A stretch of DNA of 64,000 nt from positions 1 through 64,000 of the forward strand of contig MCFE01000492.1 of NCBI GenBank assembly GCA_002104905.1, given 5' to 3'. This stretch comes from Basidiobolus meristosporus CBS 931.73 (taxonomy: Eukaryota; Fungi; Basidiobolomycota). Below, in pieces: positions 61,737 to 64,000 of this stretch (position 1 is its first letter; each line of letters starts with the position of its first letter). The translations under genes were made by a program, and so were the position numbers. The notes under the pieces are model-generated. The model was not told the origin of the DNA. It saw only the letters and a list, made by a program, of their open reading frames with translations, and searched no databases.

Positions 61737-62156
61737 TTAATAGTTGAAACCATGGGATCTTTCAACCACAAAACCTCTAGCTGCCTTGACCCTAGTCTCA
61801 TGAGGTTGCTTTACGTTGTGGACCTTCAAGAGCTCCTTCAATTTCAAAATAGTACCAGCAACGTCGGGGGTTTGTGGTCTAAATATGGTCTGTTGGAGTT
61901 TTCTGAAACCAAGTGCCTTTACGGCTCTGCGGGTTTTGGGGTGGAGGCCAATTGGAGAGCGAATCAAAGTGATTTTGAAAAAGCCGGCGGGTTGGATTTT
62001 TTCTCCGCTATCCACAACTTTCTTGGCATCCTTAGACAGCCATTTGTAAGCGTTCTGGGCCTTTTGTCTGGCATACTCCTGCTCGGGGAGCTTCTGCACA
62101 GAGCTGGTTACGCGTGGTGCAATACGTTCAGCAAGAAGGGTTCTAGTTGCGTTCAT
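61737..62156 (-). CDS. MRPL33: Mitochondrial ribosomal protein uL30m
   Basis: Basic presequence-like N-terminus, then FFKITLIRSPIGL...VKALGFRKLQQTIF...VAGTILKLKELLKV. Confidence 0.92.
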   Translation of the reverse strand: MNATRTLLAERIAPRVTSSVQKLPEQEYARQKAQNAYKWLSKDAKKVVDSGEKIQPAGFFKITLIRSPIGLHPKTRRAVKALGFRKLQQTIFRPQTPDVAGTILKLKELLKVHNVKQPHETRVKAARGFVVERSHGFNY

Positions 62157-62584
62157 GGTTGAATAAGAGGGTAGAAAGGTCCTGCAGCGAAGAAGTATCG
62201 CTCAAAGATGGACTATCAATAGAAGAAATCCCCAAGTCAATAGAATTTTTTCCCTGCAAGCGAAGCTCCAAATGAGAGTTGTAAGATCTGATTGGATACT
62301 CCATGGCTGACCTTTGCTGATTAAAATTACCACTTGTATGGGTAAAGTGTCGGATTTAATCCGAACTATGACAAGGTACAACACTAGTGTAAAAACACAA
62401 ATGGCATTCACATTGAAAACGAGTGATTACGGACAGAGTAATCAACCATAGAGCAACGAAATGCAAGCACTCACTCAGAGTAAAACATCAATCAACTTCC
62501 ATGAAACATGCATACTTTATTGAGAGAAGACAATCTAAGCCGGCAAATTAAGGTTAATTAGATGCAGAGAGGATTTTTGGATTC

Positions 62585-62923
62585 TTAAGCGGAAGCGGTT
62601 TGCTTTTGAGCTTGAGTACCCTCACGGAAACCATTCTTGAAGCGACGAGAAACGTTCTTAAGATATCTCATACGACCAGTACCGGTAGTCTTTCTACGCT
62701 TGGCCTTTTGGCCCCAGTTGAAGCTGCGGATCTTAGCGGCGGGGTATCCACAAGAGGCGCAAGTCTTCTTCTGGTTGTGGAAAGAGCGCTTGCCACAACG
62801 ACGGCAGAGAGTGTGACTCTTGGTGTGGCGTTTACCAAAACTTTGGGTACCCTTGGTCTAAATTCATATAAGTTGGATGAGTAACGGCCCTTGTCAACAA
62901 GATGGATGGGTGGTGCATACCAT
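62585..62923 (-). CDS. RPL37: 60S ribosomal protein L37 (eL37); exons 62923-62921 and 62857-62585
   Basis: ATG|GTATGC intron, then [39 protein letters not shown]...[12 protein letters not shown]. The ORF track lists only the antisense shadow. Confidence 0.96.
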
Positions 62924-63406
62924 GACGGATGGGAGATATCAAAACAATCGCAGATGGGTTCTGGAAAAGAAGGAACTCATCACATGTGCATTCGTTTATG
63001 AATATTCTTGGATTGGTGATTGGTGATCCAATGATCCATCCAATCGTAGATGTTTGTGAATAATAAGTCAATCCTGGTTAGATATGTCGGGAATTAATCA
63101 CATGGTCAAGCAAATGGAGAAGCGACCCTTGAAAGTCGGTCCTGGTTAACCTGAATTGTGAAATTTAGTTTTGAAATCAATATCAAGTATGTCGACTGTT
63201 AGTCATGCAAATGTAGAAGGAAGACATTTTTATTTAACAAAATGTGTCTAAAAATGCTATACATTGGAGCAATCAAGGCTATCAGAAATTATCTGGCACG
63301 TTGGGCTATTGGTTGATGATAAATTGAAAGTAAAATAAATGCGCTGTTGCTGGAACTTGGTGTGAATGAATGGAAATTTGATTAAATGACTGGCTTAGTG
63401 AGCTGC

Positions 63407-64000
63407 TTATTTGGCCTCTGGCTTGTCATCCTCGAATTCAATAAGGATCTCCTCTGCACCAACGCTAGTACCGGGTTGGGTGTACACCTTCTTTACCTTG
63501 CCAACACGAGTGGCCCGCAAGACGTTCTGCATCTTCATGGCTTCGACCACAGCCAACTCAGCTCCTTCGGCGATAACATCTCCTGGCTTGACGGCAATGC
63601 TGACAACACTTCCGGGCATAGGAGAGATCAGGAACTTGGCCATGTCTTGCTTGGGCTTCTCCTTCATGTATTGAGAGAATTGTTGCTGGGCCTCATTGAG
63701 GACACTAACATCAAACTTGGTGCCGTAGTGTTGAAGCTTGAAGCCTAGTGGTTGGGGGTCGAGGTATTGAACGTCAACCTCCTTTTCGTTGATGCGAGCG
63801 TTTACCAAAGATGATTCAAGTTCCCAGTCGGCCTCGATGGCAACTGGCTCCTTATCATTGATGGAGACTGAGAACTTGGAGTCGGATTCAAGCGAGACAG
63901 GTCCCTCCCTGCTGACCTTAACCTTCATCACCTTATCCTTGTCGGCGGGAGTGGGGTTCACGTACAAGTTCCACTCTTGGGGAACCTTTCTTTCAAGCTC
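63407..64000 (-). CDS. PCCA: Propionyl-CoA carboxylase alpha subunit, 3' end (gene continues beyond window)
   Basis: FKLQHYGTKFDV, LISPMPGSVVS, and the biotinyl motif VVEAMKMQNVL. Confidence 0.88.
   Translation of the reverse strand, partial: ELERKVPQEWNLYVNPTPADKDKVMKVKVSREGPVSLESDSKFSVSINDKEPVAIEADWELESSLVNARINEKEVDVQYLDPQPLGFKLQHYGTKFDVSVLNEAQQQFSQYMKEKPKQDMAKFLISPMPGSVVSIAVKPGDVIAEGAELAVVEAMKMQNVLRATRVGKVKKVYTQPGTSVGAEEILIEFEDDKPEAK

Noticed and set aside
1-64000. CRISPR arrays, rRNA genes, tRNA genes and selenocysteine read-through
   Set aside because: No repeat-spacer array, rRNA block, complete cloverleaf or conserved in-frame TGA within a recognised gene was seen. A tRNAscan-SE/Infernal run would be needed to exclude intron-containing tRNAs and small ncRNAs.

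Overview
Gene-dense, intron-rich 64 kb fungal genomic segment. Introns are short GT-AG with CTAAC/CTGAC-type branch sites. An EF-like (EFL) gene and the style of the P450, GDSL and homeobox genes suggest an early-diverging fungus, most plausibly Zoopagomycota/Entomophthoromycotina; this is inference, no database was searched. About 25 protein genes can be supported: RPS6, a KASH-like nuclear-envelope protein, a GRAM-TBC-EF-hand Rab GAP, TRM2, a secreted double beta-prism + DCR2-type metallophosphatase, three mitochondrial carriers, EFL plus a degenerate tandem copy, a GPI-like Ser/Thr protein, a four-exon MHF2/CENP-X that the ORF track misses, a polyQ protein, a GDSL esterase, a serpin, BUR1, QNG1, an MFSD5-like transporter, a P450, a homeobox gene, uL30m, RPL37 and the 3' end of PCCA. 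Two compact TE graveyards (about 19.8-21.8 kb and 55.8-59.4 kb) hold Ty1/copia LTR, gag and pol debris with near-total CpG loss, a gypsy-type PPT+LTR and a probable PIF1-helicase relic. No rRNA, tRNA or CRISPR array could be supported. The most notable items are the fungal serpin with a non-canonical hinge and an ambiguous last splice acceptor, the two-prism secreted phosphatase, the CpG-specific erasure of repeats (also seen in the EFL duplicate) and the KASH candidate. Exon boundaries and counts were read by eye.
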